From the NCBI GenBank assembly GCA_028534125.1, contig CM052816.1, positions 86,616,001 to 86,680,000 on the forward strand: a DNA stretch of 64,000 nucleotides, given 5' to 3'. Below are positions 1 to 14,220 of this stretch, piece after piece. This DNA is from Lama glama (lineage: Eukaryota). The notes below the pieces were generated by a model. It was given only the letters and a program-made list of their open reading frames with translations, did no database searches and had not been told where the DNA came from. The translations under genes were made by a program, and so were the position numbers. Position 1 is the first letter of the stretch. The number at the start of each line of letters is the position of its first letter.

Positions 1-804
1 CATAACCAAAGGGGAAAATTCACAGATGATGATGTTATATAATTATAAAAGAAGAAAAAAAAAGGTTTAAAACAAACATTTAACAAAGAGAATGAACATA
101 ATGAGTGGAAGGATTGACAATCCTAACAGAAAAATGAAAATTATTAAGACCAAAAAGGAATAAAATGAAAATTCTATAACTGAGAGAGAGAGGTTCTCAA
201 GAAAGGTTCAGTGTGATGTGCGATTTGCCAAAGCACACACAGACACACACATACGCATTCAAACAGCTGCCTCTTGAGAGGGCTTTTTATACTGATATTT
301 AGAGCAAAAAAGTGATGAAAATTTTAAAAGAAGGATTTAAAGAGATGGGTATTTCTCCAGTTACAGAACTTGAATTTCAGAGATCACATTGGACAGTCCT
401 GAGGGTGGAATGTCAGAGAGGGATGAGAATTAGTGTCAGAAAGAGACATGTGCAAAGCCACTTGATGTGAATGTCCTGTGGGATGCAGACCACTTCAGTG
501 ATTAAGGGCAACATGGATGTAGGGCATAATGTGATTTTTCCTGGTAGTGCTTTAGAAAAAGTTGATAACTGGCCTCCTTTTGGTGACAGCCTTTGAGCAA
601 TGGTAATAGTGAAGGAGGGAGATTTCGGTGAGGAGAGTGCAAGAGAGTCTCATCAGAAGCACAAACTCTACAGGGGGTTCTTTTATATCTTGCAGGGAGC
701 AGTTTTTACACTGGACTGTGAAGCGTCTGCTGTAGCCATTTTATTCTAGTCAGTGTTTGTTTCAGAAAATAGGAATGTATTTTTTATACTTTAAGAATTG
801 ATAA

Positions 805-1055
805 ATCTTGCAATATTTCAATTTTTTCGTTATTATTATATTTGTTATGATGATCTGTGGTCAGTGACCTTTGATGTTACCATTGCAAAAAGATTCTGAC
901 TCTCTGAAGGCCCAGATAATGTTTAGTATTTTTTAGCAATAAAGTATTTTTAATTAAGGTATGTATATTATTTTTCAGTCTTAAAATCATCACACACTTA
1001 ATAGACTACAGTATAGTGTCAATATAACTTTAACATGCACTGAGAAACCAAACAT
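805..1055 (+). mobile_element. Tigger1-derived non-autonomous DNA transposon fragment (Tigger1a_Art-like)
   Basis: Colinear with the full copy at 48261-48711 (ttattattatatttgttat..gatgttaccattgcaa..ctgaaggc..atataacttt..atgcactgagaaac). Termini not seen. Confidence 0.85.
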
Positions 1056-1604
1056 TTTTATGATTTTTGAAAATCATATTATGCCTTCCCTCTTGGAACT
1101 TTGTTCTAATCTTATTTTATACCTCAATTTTGTTCACTGATTTTATTTAATTCTTAATTCTGTTTTAAATTTATTTTTCCCTCTTTTTCTCTTCTTTCTT
1201 TTTGTCTCACTTTGACACAATTTCAACTCTCCCTGTTACTGTTTCTGAGAGTCACACCTTCTTGTTCTTTATTAAGAATGCTAAATCTTTTCATAGATCA
1301 TTTGTATTTTACTCAACAATATATTACTTTGAGATCTACATCATTGATCTGACTCTCCTAAATATATTACCCCCTTGTCTGGTTCTAAAGGTATCCTTAA
1401 AGACCACATGATAATTTATCTTTTCTCATTCTGGAATTAGGATAGGACTATCTACAGTGTTTTCAAGAGTGAGGCTGAGTTATTTGAACAGCTTCATCCC
1501 ACTGTCTCTATTTTTTTCTTAATCATTATATATTTAACTCTGCAATGGGAGAACAGGGTGATGCTTATTTATCAACTTGATTACAATTCCCAAATCTCAG
1601 ATGG

Positions 1605-1972
1605 ACTTTTATCATAGGCTGAGTGGATTAACCAACAAACATTTACTTACTTACAGTTCTGAAGACTGGAAATTCCAAGATCAAGGTCCCTCAGGATTTG
1701 ATTTCTGTTGGAGTCTGTCTTCTTGGCTTTCAGAGGGTTGTCTTCTCACTGTGTTCTCACATGGGGAAGAGGAAGAAAAGAGAAACTCTCTTTTTTTCTT
1801 TCTCTTTTCTTCTTTGTCTAAGGTCACAGTTCTATAAAGGTAGGGCCCACCCTTATGAACTCATTTAACTTCAATTATCTCTTAAGAATCCTTTCTCTAG
1901 CTAAAGTGACCTTGAGGGTGAAGACATCAACATATAAACTTTGGTGAGGGGTACATAATTCAGTCCACAATA
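1605..1972 (-). mobile_element. MaLR LTR (MLT1A/B-like)
   Basis: Typical MLT1 antisense motifs: aacaaacatttact..acagttctgaagactggaaattccaagatcaagg, cccacccttatgaactcatttaac, and the end aattcagtccacaata. Confidence 0.85.
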
Positions 1973-2569
1973 GGGTCTCAGGATCAAAAAGTGATAGAGG
2001 ACAGAGCCATATTTCATATGGATCAGTAGGCCCTTGACTGTGTAATATACAGTCTTTGAAAACCAGCATTATCTCAGAGACTGGCTACGCAGGTGAAGGG
2101 CAGGTAGAAATTAGAGAGACTATCACTTAAAAGGACTATTTAAATCATCAGACCCAGCTTTAAATTTGACAGGAATAAAATCAATTTCTTTTCCATTACC
2201 TATTGGGCAGAAGTTTATGATAATAAATTATAAAAAAGGAAAAAATATATTTCCTTTGCTTAAGCTGAATATAGTGTAAATGTATTTACAACCCAGATAT
2301 ATAATCCCTCACATGTCAAATATGAAGTTAGAGAAAAAGTATGGAAATAAAGAACACCTAAACAAATTGAAAAGCCGTGAGGTCATGACAAGGAATATAA
2401 AAAAATTAAGAAAGATAACGTGATTGTAAGAGTGACAATTTTAGATGGTCCAGGAAATTTTTGATTTGTGTCTCTTGTCCTGACTTATTTATTAATAACA
2501 AAATTTTAATCTTAAAGTGTTCCAGATTGCTTAGATCCTTATAAATAGCTTGTCATAGCAGAAAGCAAA

Positions 2570-3378
2570 TAAGTTATCAAAGACTATCAGTGATTTTTAA
2601 AGACTTGGGAGTCAGTTTGAAGAAGTTCTAACAGTCAACAATGGGATCATTTGAATATCAATAAAAGTAGAAATGCAACTGATTGAAATGCATATATATT
2701 TTCAGTCAATCCCATAAGCCTATCCTCATGGGATTATTTCAACTCATAAATTAAGAAATTTAGAATTAGAATATCTTGATTGTGCATTTCTAAAAAGATA
2801 AAAGAATGAAGTATGATCATCAATAGCTTCTAACATCACAGATAAAAGACAACTAAACCATATGTGTTTCAAATAACTATGAAGTATTCTTGATGAGAGA
2901 CAGAGTGAGAGAGAGAAGAGAATCTAATCAGGTCTCTGAAAATTGCCAATTTAGAAATAATATGACAAGGGCACTTGTTTAACAATTCTACAGTGATGCA
3001 TTCAGAAGTCCAGAATGTGGGTAACATTATACACAGTTTTTTCAATGAATAGTGATAGATATAAATAAAGAGAATGAATGTTGGTAATATTAAGAAGTTA
3101 CATTTTGTTTTAGGTTTATTAATAATGTTTTAGACATGTATTTCACAAGTCCTCATTTTATATAGATTATATAAATGAAATTGTAATGATACTGGAATTT
3201 GCGTCAAAATAATCCATAAGGGTGTTAGGAGAAGTGTGTGAAGTATAAATAAAACAAAATTAGTCATGAATTGATAATTGTGAGAAACAATAAATTACTA
3301 CATGTACAGCTGCCTATATTATTCTCCTTACTTTTAAAATATCTTTAAGATTTGCTATAATCAAAGTTAAAATAAAAA
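2570..3378 (+). mobile_element. Old L1 (L1MC/L1ME-type) 3' region fragments
   Basis: A-rich strand with L1M 3' UTR-like motifs (aaacaaaattagtcatgaattgataattg..tattattctccttactttt..ataatcaaagttaaaataaaaa). Confidence 0.6.
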
Positions 3379-4370
3379 TCCTGTTTTCCTTCCAACCAGA
3401 TCTAGTATTTGGAATTTGTAGAGGTTATTATTTTGATTAAATAGAGGTAATGGTTGGCTAAGTAGAAATTCATTGCTTAAAGGCAGCAATTGATGTCAGA
3501 ACTAATATCATGGTGTTTTGTCATTAATTTTAAGAAGAAATCCTCACTGACTTTCTTGATATATGAATTGTGGCAGGAGATTTTTATTATGCAGCCTGAG
3601 TTTCAAAGAAGGTTAGTAGTCAAATCTTTTATTAGGCCCCTGATTTTTATTTGAGAATTTATTTAATGTGGTATTTATTTAAACATGTATCAATGAATGA
3701 AACACATTAATATTTATGTTTGTCATGGAAGCAGAAAGAAAAAGTGTTAAGAACAATATAGGTAAGAATAAATCATTTGCAGTTGAACTTAGATGAGTGA
3801 TCTAAGTCTTATATTGCTTCCTTTTGGATGTTATCCTATGTGCTCCACTTCAGTGTTCCAAAAATAGAATATCCATAGGATGCACACTCAATGAATCTTT
3901 GTCTCATACTATTAAAAGCATTGAGGTAATTTTTGCAGTTTCCTATGACTTCACACGTTGTCCCTGGAGAAGAATATCAATGAAAAAGTTTCAATCTGGA
4001 GAGGAGGATGGGATTAATGTGGTAATATTCTACCAATACTAAATTTTGTTTATCCAAAAGGGGCAATTATGTATAAACTCAAATAATGATATCCTTAGAC
4101 AAGATATTTTTCAAAAGAGATTTACCATACAAGCACAGGGGAGATGTATGACCAGCACAATACACTAAAGTGAGTTTAAGAATATATAAGCAAGTAGATA
4201 ATGAAAGGAAGCAAGCTAGGTAATGAACAGGAAGACACAAGCAATCCACAAGGCCAGGATGTGTTAATCTGGATTTAGCAAATGTTTCTTTGTGGAAATT
4301 TATACAAGCTGTTCTCTGGGTACCAGATCATTCAAAATAATTTTAATGCAACTCATATTTAAATCTCTTT

Positions 4371-4445
4371 TTTTTTTTTTACATTTTTATTGATTCATAA
4401 TCATTTTACAGTGTTGTGTCAAATTCCAGTGTACTGAACACTGGA
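4371..4445 (-). mobile_element. Very short, young 5'-truncated L1 3' end with poly(A) tail and 14-bp TSD
   Basis: Poly(T) followed by acatttttattgattcataatcattttacagtgttgtgtcaaattccagtgt. Flanked by identical atttaaatctcttt at 4357-4370 and 4446-4459. Confidence 0.85.
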
Positions 4446-4699
4446 ATTTAAATCTCTTTCTGCTCTACAATAAAATAAAAATTCAAATATAAGAGGCAAG
4501 GCTGTATTTTTTCTTCTAACAAATATTTAAGCATGAATGCTATATTCATATTGAATGTATTTTCAAAAATCTGTGGTCAGTTTCTTAGAATTTTTACTAA
4601 AAGAATAATACATAATGGCTATGTATCATGTTAGAGCTTTGGCATGAATATATATTGAAACTATACTAGTATACATCTTCTAAGACTACATTCTTAACT

Positions 4700-5025
4700 A
4701 CTTCTAGTGCTTTCTGTGCATAAGTCTTCTTTATATGGATATGTAGTATGTTTAAAACCTGTTCTTTTTCATTTTAATTTATCACTGATGGAACAAAAAT
4801 TTAATTTTTATTAGTAATTGTTAAAGAGATTTAATTTTCAAATTTCTATGAAAGAGAGGTCTTATTGTGATTAATGTTGCTCAAAACTTTCTGAATTTCT
4901 CTTTTAGTTAATTCATTTTTTCCCAAAATAAATGCATTTGTATTTCTCTTGGAGTATTTGTGTTGTTTTAATATGAATTTATGTTATTTGAAGTGTGAAT
5001 TTATATATATATATGTATATATATA

Positions 5026-5063
<38 letters not shown>

Positions 5064-5570
5064 AAACAATTTATTTTTCTATGAAATGTTTATTCAGAGG
5101 TCTAAAATTTTTTTTGATCTTTTTCCCCAGCTTTAAGAATCTCTTATATATTTAGATTATGCTTTGAAGTACTCTCCCAGTGGGTGTTTTGCTTTTTTCA
5201 CTCAGCTATGTTTTTTTTTAACATACAGTTTTCTTAATTGTATATGATTAAATGTGTTGATATTTTCTTTTTAAGCACTTAGAAGTTTGAATAATAGCTT
5301 ATATTCCCCACTTGTTTGTGAAGGATTCACTCACATTCTCTTCCATCATTTGTCTGGCTTTGTTTTCAAATTAAAATCTTTGATCCACTTGAACTACATA
5401 TCTTGATGTATGTTATGAGGAACAGATCCAATTTTAAGTTTCTTTACATGATTCTGTAGTTATTCCAGAACCACTTATGTAAAACACCACCCTTTCCATA
5501 CTAATTTGAGACTGGAGCTTTACATATATGAAATATACATATGCAAATTGATTTTTCTGCATTTTCAGAA
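4700..5570 (-). mobile_element. Old L1 (L1ME-like) antisense fragments
   Basis: T-rich L1 ORF2/3' antisense motifs (ttaaaatctttgatccacttgaa..gtatgttatgagg..ccagaaccacttatgtaaaa), interrupted by a microsatellite. Confidence 0.6.
5002..5062. repeat. (TA)n(CA)n compound microsatellite
   Basis: Directly visible. Confidence 0.95.
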
Positions 5571-6301
5571 ATGATTTCTTAGGTAGATACTGCTGTGTAA
5601 ATGATCATAAAAATGTCAGTAGGATTGCCACAGGTACAGTTAGGCTTAGATTTTTCTTTGAAGGCAATGCTTGGCATAGCAACCAAAACCAAATGAGAAA
5701 AAGTTTCTCTTTGTTTTTCCAATGACCTCCCCATGTGTCTTCTAACATTTAAAATGGCACTGGCTTTAAGTACTTATAAAAAAAAATCCTGCTCAGAAGT
5801 CCAGTGATTAAGGGATTTATCTTTAGTTCCAAATATTGAATCCTTGATCCATCATCTACTACTGTCCCAAGGTAACCAGATTGGCATTCTAGGCAATGAT
5901 ACAATCTACAAATTAATTATTTTGGATTATGTCCTCAACTACCATATTACTATTTCTAATAAACAGACTAGATCACTGATTAAAAGACTCCTTTTGGTAG
6001 CCTAGATGTTAAGACTGAGCCTAAACAGACCTAGTGCCCTCCTGGGGTTTTGCTACCCAGTCCATGTGCCAGTCTCAGTTACTTACAATGTTATTGGCTG
6101 TAAGATGAGGAGACTAATCTCAAACTTAGGCACACTGAGGGAAAATGAGTATTTCCTCTGTACTATGAATATTAGCCTAAGTTGTCCTTTAGTGCATTCA
6201 TTTCCTCTGTCTTATCCTTGATTTATTTTCCAGGGTGGGAAGAAAGTATACAACTTTACATTTAGTTGAGAGCTGGGCTATTCTTTTTTCCTCCCAGCTA
6301 C

Positions 6302-6385
6302 TATGTATGTGTATATACATGTATTATATATATATATATACACACACATTTTATATATATGTATATATATAATATATACACACAT
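6302..6385. repeat. (TA)/(CA)-rich degenerate microsatellite
   Basis: Directly visible. Confidence 0.85.
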
Positions 6386-8342
6386 CAACATAGCAAATCT
6401 AAAAGGGAAAACATCAATCATCATTTTCATAATGTTTAACATATTCTTTTTTCATCAATCTAACTGGAACTCCCTTTAAAAAAGAGGATATAAATAAGGT
6501 CCATTTATAAGATTAAGAATAAAATGAGCAGGGAGTTCTATGAATGAATTCACCAACTCCTTTCCTCCAGAGTCCTCATGATGTTTGGTTTTCAAAATGT
6601 TTATCACCTGGGTTTTAATTATCTTTTTTTGGCCTTTATTTATTTACCTTATTTTTATCAACACCTTGATTGTGCTTTTAGAATATGTTACTTTATTTAA
6701 TTTAAAATTTGTATTGGCGAATAGATCAGTCTTGCTGAGGAAGAAAGAGAGAGGGTAAGAGAAGCAGAAAGACAGACAGAAGGGAGAAAGAGAGAGAGTT
6801 AGAGAACTGTTTAAAATTTATGGCTGTGGGATCATCACTACAGGTGACTTCTTGCTCAGATTTACCGGAATGACTTCTCAACTATTATATACCAAGTGGT
6901 GATGATTATTAACAAAACTGTTATCCAAGAAGATATCAACCTGTATCCATGACTGAAATAAATGCAGTTTCATGAATAGAAATAGACATAGCTTGTTCTC
7001 CTACGAAACTCTAGAAAGAATTATATACAAATAATGCAGAAGGCAGGTTATGGTAACACACTGAAGTAATAATACAAGGTGATATACTACTTCAAAAGAA
7101 AGTTTCTCTAATTAACTTAAAAATTGAAGATTCACTGCTCAGTCAGTGAATAACCATAACCTTGCTGAAAACAATGCCATATTTAAATTAAAGGCCAAGC
7201 TTCCAACAAAGTAGATAAAAGATGCTTTTCTTAATAGTGTAGCTAATAGTCTTAGAAATTTCAAGGTTATTTTTAAAATCCTTTTTCAAATAAAATGACT
7301 AGACTATTTGTACTTTGAGGTTTTATTAAAATAATTAATTACTTTATCTTTATTCAGTCCAAAGCTAAACTATTATATCTTCCAAGTCAATATAGCATGT
7401 GAAATTAAAATATTAAAAATTAAATTTCCATAATTAATCATTATTGCAATGAATTATTTAGAATTAATATGTAATAATTCTAATACTAATTTTCCTTTTG
7501 TGTCTTTGCTAAATTAGTTAACCCCTTTAAATAGTCTGAAAATTCTACATGAGAAATAATTTGCCTTGGGAAGGAATGGGCTACTTCAATATAAGAAACA
7601 TTGGGTAGAGGAAGGATTATAATTTAGTGGAAGTGTGATAGATGAAGTATTGCTATTTAAAAATCTGTTTACAGGTTCTTTACTACTCAGAAGGATCTTA
7701 ATAGTCTCTCCATGCTTTGCTCTTTATTTTTGAAAAATATTAAGAGGTATTACCTAAAAAAAACCCCTCAGTGTTGTTTTCCCTCAATTTTTATCAGCTG
7801 GAGCCAGAAGTCTGTGTTCTTTTCTTAAGACTGGTTAGCCAAAGTTTAAAACAGAAATACAATAAAAATTTATTTTTCTATTCCAAAAAATAATCTAAGA
7901 TGGATCATGCTTATTCGAATGTATTTCAGAACACTTGTGTTGTAGGTGCAACCAACCTATGTAATTCGTGCTATCAGATTTACCTCAACAACTGGTCATA
8001 GTTCTCTTTAGAGAATCACACAGTTTAAGATTATCACTGATGAGAAAAGAGTTTCCTAGCTGTGGTGACAAATATTAAATGGTTTTAAACCTACAGCAGA
8101 GAAAAATATTTGGATTTTAAAAAATACCTGCACAGGAAGAAAGCAGTGTAAATATCCAACAGTAACTTGAAACTTTCTACTGTTCAGCTCTATACCATTG
8201 GGTCTGAAGAAATGGATGGTCATCAACTGGTAGTTAGTTTATACCAATTAAATATTTTATTTACACCTGAACTGTTACTAAAGGGAGATACTCCATGAGA
8301 ATGCCTTCTATGAATTTTCTAAAGATATCCTATACTTTTCCC

Positions 8343-8480
8343 TTTATTGTTATGGAAGTAAAATGATAAATAAAAATTATATGTATTCATAGTGTACCAG
8401 TGTCAAACGTGATATTTTCATATACATATACATTGTGAAACAATCATCCCATTCAACCTAATAAACATATCCATCACCAA
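8343..8480 (-). mobile_element. L1MA-type 3' end fragment
   Basis: Matches the recalled L1MA 3' terminus in antisense (tttattg..aaaattatatgtattcatagtgtac..tatacattgtgaaacaatc..aacatatccatcacc). Confidence 0.7.
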
Positions 8481-10959
8481 AGCAATGAATAAGCCTACAG
8501 ACACTGCATTTCATTTAATTTTGCTTATCTATCTACAGTTCTAATTCACTGTTTTAGGGACTTACAAAAATCTAGCAGTTTCAATAGTAATAAAGCAGAT
8601 ACAAACTGAGGCAATCTACTTGCCTTAAGATAAAAATTAATTTTACTATTTGCCATTGAAAAGTTAAAAGATTAGTAAATATGAGTGCAATTAAATCATG
8701 ATTGACTTTAAGTCCCAGATACAACAAAGCTCTAAAGTGTATTTCTAAAATTAATACGTCTTTACTTATGGTTTGCGATTTTTTTTTGTGAATGCTTTTC
8801 TAAAATAGAATTACACATCTAACTATAACTGAGGCAAAATAATATATAATCTTTAAAACTCTAATATGCTTTTTAGCACTACACAGAGAAAAATAATGGG
8901 CTTTGTAATGTATCAGAAAAAGTAAGCTAAAAATCATGTATTAGTCATTGTGTCTCAAATAAGGTTTCTTTGAAACCTTAAACTCACAAGTTTACTCTTT
9001 ACGAAACAGAATTTCTCCCTGAAATAAAGAAGGGAAATTCACCAGATGTGTCTAAGTGGATGAGAATTTGCCTTAAGAGAAATCACATTTATTTCTTCTT
9101 CTCTATGAATACTAAAATATCTTCTTACTCTATTTTTGGGGATCATAAATTTACTACCTCTCTATTCTAATGATCACATGATATGTAACATAGTATAAGT
9201 AGACAAGTTGCTATTCTCATTCAGCCAGTCTCAAATTCACTTGACTGATGAATTTCTGCTTTCATAGAGATTGATAATTCTGGCTGAACAGATAAAACTG
9301 AGTTTCTCAAATTGTAAAGCCAACAACTAGATCTTAAGACACCATGGTAAGGGTAACACATAAAAAATTACAACCACGTCATGTTAATAAATATAACAAA
9401 ACAGATTAATGAGACAAAATAGCAATTAGTTTAATATTTGTAAGAAATAAAAACATTTAAAAGTGCTTTTATATCTTTTTATAAATAGGAAACTAGGTAG
9501 CGAAACATGAAATTTTAAGGAATTTAATTTGTAAGATATATGTCATACTAGAGTCCTTGAGAAAAATTCCTATTTTTCAAAATCTAATACACTGAAATGC
9601 AATACACTACTTCAAGGAAAGTAACGTCATTGTAAATATCTATTATTGCAGATAACAGAATTTTGACTCAATTTTATCAGCATATAAAAAGGAGATATTT
9701 AAAAAATCATAATCAGTGTTTAAAAGATCATAAAAATGGAACTGTGTTTTTGCTCTTTAAAGGTGCTCATTTCCTTCCACTGATTCAAAGTAAATTACAA
9801 ACAATTATTTATGAGTGCATATATGGAAGAAAATCCTTACCACTCATTTCTTGGTTTGCTATTATTATAATAAAGTCCCCAGCAGCTAAATTGTCATTCC
9901 TAATTTAAAATACTAGCAACTAAACAATACACTGCTGCCTCAAATTCTTTTTGGAAGGATGCAGTTATAATAAACAAGGGAAAAATAAATAGTAACAATT
10001 TAAAGTTTCTGCCCTACAGGATTTTGAATTATCTGCATGACCTACATAAGCAATTCCTGGGTACTTAAAATACTTCAGAGGATTAGGGTGATAAACAAAA
10101 GTTAAAATAAGTACTGCCTGAATTTGCAATTATGTCTCTGATTATATCAGCCAACTGGTACATAGAGAACCTGCCCAAGAATAGCTTGTCTAGTTAAGTT
10201 TTCATTTCTGTAAGTAAAGGATAGTCACTCCTCCTGAGTTGTTTAAAGTTTTCCAGCTGTGGTGTGTGAAATATAATTTATGTGCTTTGTGAGTCCCACG
10301 GTAAGAGTCTTGATATAGTTCCCTGCTTCTCTGCCTTAAGAGACTGAATTAACTCTACAGCTGAGTCTTTATGGTGGCTAACCCAGACATTTCCACAGGG
10401 TAAACATCAGAGTTGTCCAGGCATTGTGGGATGCTTATTTCATTTAATATTTAGTAGTGAGACTTTCTAAAAATCACATCTGCTCTGTGCTTGCTTCCAC
10501 CAAGATGGGTACATTGCCCCTTTGCTGACTGCCCGACAGAATGAAGACAGTCACCTTCCTACCCTACTGAATATGGGGGTTACTGTGTCCAATCTAGTTT
10601 CCCAGAAACATAAAGAGGACTCAGGGAGTCAGGCTGTTGAGTACTAATATAGATGAGCCATAGTCCCCTCAGATACGTCCATGCATTTGACTGGATCCAT
10701 GACTACAATCCATGAAATCCTAACCATCTCTTTACATCTTTGATATCTTTTGTCCAAAAGAAAGTGTTGTCAGAAAAAAAGAAAAGTAACATGCCCCTCC
10801 CTCTCTGTGCTACTCTTCCATAAGGGACCCAGTTCATACCATCCACAGCTGGTTTTTTCAGTTTGAGTTGATTTCAAGTTTTGCTTTACTTTCCTTAGTA
10901 TACAGTGAATTTACTGAATTATTTCTATTTTGTTTAATCTATTTAGATAACCTTCAAAC

Positions 10960-11262
10960 ATTTATTTATTGTGGTAAGAATGCTTAATATGAGATCTATC
11001 TTCTTAACAAATTACTTCAGGCTTATAAAACACTCTACAATACAGTACTGTTGATTATAGATACAGTGCTGTACACCAGACCTCGAGAACTTACTCATCT
11101 GGCTTAACTGAAATTTTGTGTCAGTTGATTAATGACTCCACCTTTTCCCCTCCCTAGTCCTTAGCAACAAGTTTTCCACTTTTTACTATACAAATTTGAA
11201 TAATTTAGATAACCCATATAAGTGGAATTATGCACTGTCTTTTTGTTACCAGTTTATTTGCC
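10960..11262 (-). mobile_element. L1MA9/L1MB-type 3' end
   Basis: tttattgtggtaagaatgcttaatatgagatctatcttcttaacaaatt..ctgtacaccagacctcgagaacttactcatct..catataagtggaattatgca. Confidence 0.8.
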
Positions 11263-11637
11263 ATCTTCTGTCCATACTTTATTTTTCTAGCTTTGATTTA
11301 TTGAGATTATTGAATCTTGTCTGTTCTTTTTCATATCCCATATTCATTTATAGCTACTGCTTATAATTTGTACACAGTATGTCTAGTAATAAAGGCAGCT
11401 TTTGCCATGCATATTTAAATTTAAAAAATTGAAAGTTAAATCTCTCTTCCTAGTAATAAAAATGCTAGAATATTGTAACTATGATCATCTTTATCCAAAT
11501 ACTCTAATATTTTCAATGTTTTGAGTTATTTTATCTTCATAAAATATTGAATGTTCTTATTAATATTGTTACTAATATTATTATTATTTTGTTACAACCA
11601 CTAAGATTTATTCAGAGGATTTTAAAAACTTTCTAAA

Positions 11638-11890
11638 CCAGGGGAAGGGGGTGGGAAGGGATAAATTTGGGAGTTTGAGATTTGCAAATGTTAGCCACTA
11701 TATATAAAAATAGATTAAAAAATTAATTTCTTCTGTGTAGCATAGGGAACTATATTCAATATCTTATAATAACCTTTAATGAAAAAAGAATGTGAAAATG
11801 AATATATGTATGTATATGTATGACTGGGACATTGTGCAGTATACCAGAAATTGACATATTGTAACTGATTGTACTTCATTTAAAAAAAAA
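11638..11890 (+). mobile_element. Lineage-specific (camelid/artiodactyl-type) L1 3' end
   Basis: ggggaagggggtgggaagggataaatttgggagtttgagatttg..gcatagggaactatattcaatatc..ccagaaattgaca followed by poly(A). Imperfect TSD aaaa(ct/g)ttctaaa on both sides. Confidence 0.9.
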
Positions 11891-12059
11891 GTTCTAAAAG
11901 TATTTGTGTGTCAATTTTTCTTTTGTATCATGTCAATTTTTCTTTCTTCCTGATACTTTTTCTGTAGATACTTCCTTATTAGGTTTTCTAGTAGGAAACT
12001 CTGTTTATCACTATATGTTGCTATTTAAATCTTGAAACATAATATTATTTAGAGCCTAA

Positions 12060-12460
12060 AGATAGAGACTGAATGCATACTCAAATAGAGTAATACAGAA
12101 TAGACTGTGTACCAAGGAGTGAGTAGGGTAATAAAAATCAGCAATGGATAATGAAGCATTCTGGGGCTAGCAACAGCAGGAGGAAACTCCCACCTCGAGG
12201 CCTGAAAAGTTAGGTGAGGCAGTGATACTGGCACTAGTAAAGGCTACAGCTGTAAACAGAAACAATGCCAATTATTTAAGGACTTTGAAAGAGAAACTCC
12301 CACCAACCTACAGACCTGTAAGGAGAAAAATTATGGAATAGTTGTCTTGAATTGTGTTCTTTCATTCTCTGATCTCTAGCTGATGATTCTCCAGTGGCTG
12401 AAGAGGAGAGGTCATACAAAGGAGAGGTCAAAGTCCAAGAGAGCTGGTTTTTTTGATACA
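12060..12460. mobile_element. Probable ancient ERVL-class LTR fragment (subfamily uncertain)
   Basis: gaagcattctggggctagcaacagcaggagg..cctcgaggcctgaaaag resembles a motif recalled from old ERVL-type LTRs. Confidence 0.45.
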
Positions 12461-12471
12461 TTATATTCATC

Positions 12472-12545
12472 CCCTTCCTCCTTCCCTCCCTCCCTTCTTC
12501 CCTTCCCTCCCTCTTTCCTTCCCACCTTGCCTACCTCCTTCCTCC
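12472..12545. repeat. CT-rich low-complexity repeat
   Basis: Directly visible (CCTT/CCCT units). Confidence 0.9.
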
Positions 12546-12659
12546 TAGAAGCAATTTTTAAAGCAAATTACACACTGTGTACAATGCTACACACTAGAGT
12601 TTTATTGAACCTCATGACTTGGTTTTTTGTGTCATGGAGCTGAAACTCAGGATGTGGAT

Positions 12660-12830
12660 AGTTTTTATTTCTCCTTCACTCTTGAAAGATAATTTTGCAA
12701 GTTATAGAATTCTAGGTGTTTGTTTTTTCTTTCAGCTTTACATATTTTATTCTACTCTCTCTTTACTTGCGTGGTCTCTGTCAAGAAGTCCACTGTAACG
12801 CTTATCCTTGATTCTCTATAGGCTAGAAGC
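12660..12830 (-). mobile_element. Old L1 ORF1-region fragment
   Basis: tctccttcactcttgaaagataattttgcaagttatagaattctagg is a classic L1M antisense motif. Confidence 0.75.
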
Positions 12831-13944
12831 CCTTACCCATAAATCTCTCATTCTGTTTTTCTATCAGTGTTTGGATTGATTGATTCATTGATTGATGTTA
12901 TGCTAAAGGTTTGAGCTCTGGGTATTTGGCTCTATTTACCTTTATGAGTTTATATTAGATGTTGGATTTTTTTCCCTTAAGTTTATAAATAAAACAATTG
13001 AAATCTTTGAGGTCTCATGAACCTTAATCAAATGTAGTCAGAAGATTCAGTTTTATTATGTATACATAAATCTGATGGCTTCTATTACATCTAAATTTAT
13101 AATGACGATCTGCTAAAACATAGCTTTTGGCAAGAGAACTATTTGAAGGCATCTTACACATTTACAGATATACAAAACAGATCTGACATCTTATCAGTTA
13201 CACTATTTTAAGTGCGTATAATCTATTTACAGATTTGCCTGTTATCCTTGAGAACACTGAATATGTGGGTTAATGGAGTAGTCATTATGTTATCAACTAT
13301 AGCTGTCATAGCCTAAAACTTTTTTGATTGAAAAGAGAACTTTTGTAGAGCATCAGGGTACTTAAGTAATTAGTTTTCCGGAATTTACAGTATACATAAA
13401 ACAAGAAGTGACTATGTAAGTATAAAGGAGATTAAACACATGCCTTTAAAAAAAAACTTTTTGTCCTAATAACACCGAATAGCTTGGCCTGAAAATTAAA
13501 TAATTTGTTTTAATGTCCAACTGTAATGACATTTTTCAACATATATAAAAACATTCTTTCAAGTAATTATTTGTATATATTGCAGCATAAACTATTGTGT
13601 CTGCATATGTTGAATATACTCCCCAAATGTTTCAACATCTATCCTCAAATTTATAAAATAATCAAATACAAAATTTTAAGATAAATTGTGTATGTATATT
13701 TCTAATTTTGTTCCAACTCCACAGAAATTATAAGAGACAATATTTAGAAAAACAGCTAAGCCTGATTTCAGATATTTTTATAGAACTTAAATATGTTAAC
13801 ACTAGTTAAAATTACTTATTATTAATTTTTTTCAAGAGAAAATATTTCCATAATTTTTGAACCCCTACAAATAAAATAGTAGAACAAATAGTTTAAAAAG
13901 TAATCAACAGATGAAATTTGTACTTAGCCTGAAGAAACACCTGT

Positions 13945-14220
13945 GAGTTTATTCAGTTATCTACATTTGACTGAATAAACAAAGGATATACTGAGCATAA
14001 CCATATACCAGACACTACATTACACAGAAAGGTTAAACTAAAAAGATAAAATAAAATACCAATGACATAAAAGACTGTACTCTAGCTACTCACTGGTCAT
14101 TGGGCATAGGCAGACATTTAAATAAAGAGGGTAATGTACCATCACTGGTGCCTTGAGAAAAACACGTATAAAGTATTGCAAATGTACACAGACTGAGTGG
14201 TTACTTCTCCTTGAAGTTTC
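13945..14220 (-). mobile_element. L2 3' fragment
   Basis: Degenerate L2 antisense 3' motifs (actgagcataaccatataccagacacta..gcagacatttaaat). Confidence 0.5.

Noticed and set aside
181..780. Possible LTR-like block
   Set aside because: The composition is suggestive, but I could not identify termini, a TSD or a family.
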